A stretch of DNA of 64,000 bases from a virus, in the IMG/VR virus record IMGVR_UViG_3300005673_000094, positions 1-64,000 of that record; one strand, 5' to 3'. Below are positions 63,847 to 64,000 of this stretch, in pieces. Positions within the stretch are counted from its first letter, which is position 1. Each line of letters opens with the position of its first letter. Made by a program: the position numbers and the translations under genes. The notes under the pieces are model-generated. The model saw only the letters and a list, made by a program, of their open reading frames with translations. It was not told the DNA's origin and did not search any database.

Positions 63847-64000
63847 TCAGGTCTTGGGTTTCGACTTCACCGGCGGGACGTAGCCGGGAGCTTTCTCTGC
63901 GTGCCCGCCGTAGGGCAGAACGGCGGCGCCGCGAGCTCGGGCCGCCTCGATGCGAGCCTCAGGCCCCCATCCCGGCTTGCGAGCGCTGGGCGGCTCAGCA
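63847..64000 (-). CDS. 3' end of a fourth protein with the shared C-terminal motif (partial, not in ORF track)
   Basis: Manual translation ..KPGWGPEARIEAARARGAAVLPYGGHAEKAPGYVPPVKSKPKT*. Confidence 0.8.
   Translation of the reverse strand, partial: AEPPSARKPGWGPEARIEAARARGAAVLPYGGHAEKAPGYVPPVKSKPKT

Overview
64 kb of a high-GC, tailed phage or prophage with an HK97-fold capsid and a Mu-like contractile tail. The host is probably alphaproteobacterial (Hyphomicrobiales/Rhizobiales-like), judged from an Omp25/RopB-type porin, a suhB/MmgR-like sRNA and the XRE motif. Layout: (1-4.2 kb, minus strand) replication initiator with internal iterons, DnaB, tRNA-Met, ncRNA candidates and a Cro-like gene; (4.6-25.9 kb, mostly plus strand) recombination genes and about 50 small accessory genes, including tRNA-Leu, a porin, radical-SAM proteins, an inverted island with a serine recombinase and an Acb2-like anti-CBASS sponge; (25.9-64 kb, minus strand) lysis, tail fibres, baseplate, tail and head. 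Three main observations. (a) Four head-module proteins, one with an ART-PolyVal-like domain, share an unnamed C-terminal motif GW(S/G)xEARIxAAxARGAxxLPYGG..AP(G/N)YxPP, suggesting a capsid cargo-loading signal. (b) A 277-aa intein in the MuF head-morphogenesis protein has its HTH + PD-(D/E)XK endonuclease encoded on the opposite strand. (c) A transposase-less TnpB element sits in codon 5 of baseplate gp46, takes the host start codon and supplies a new SD+ATG. All family assignments are by eye from motifs; no database searches were run. No integrase, portal or terminase is visible in this window.
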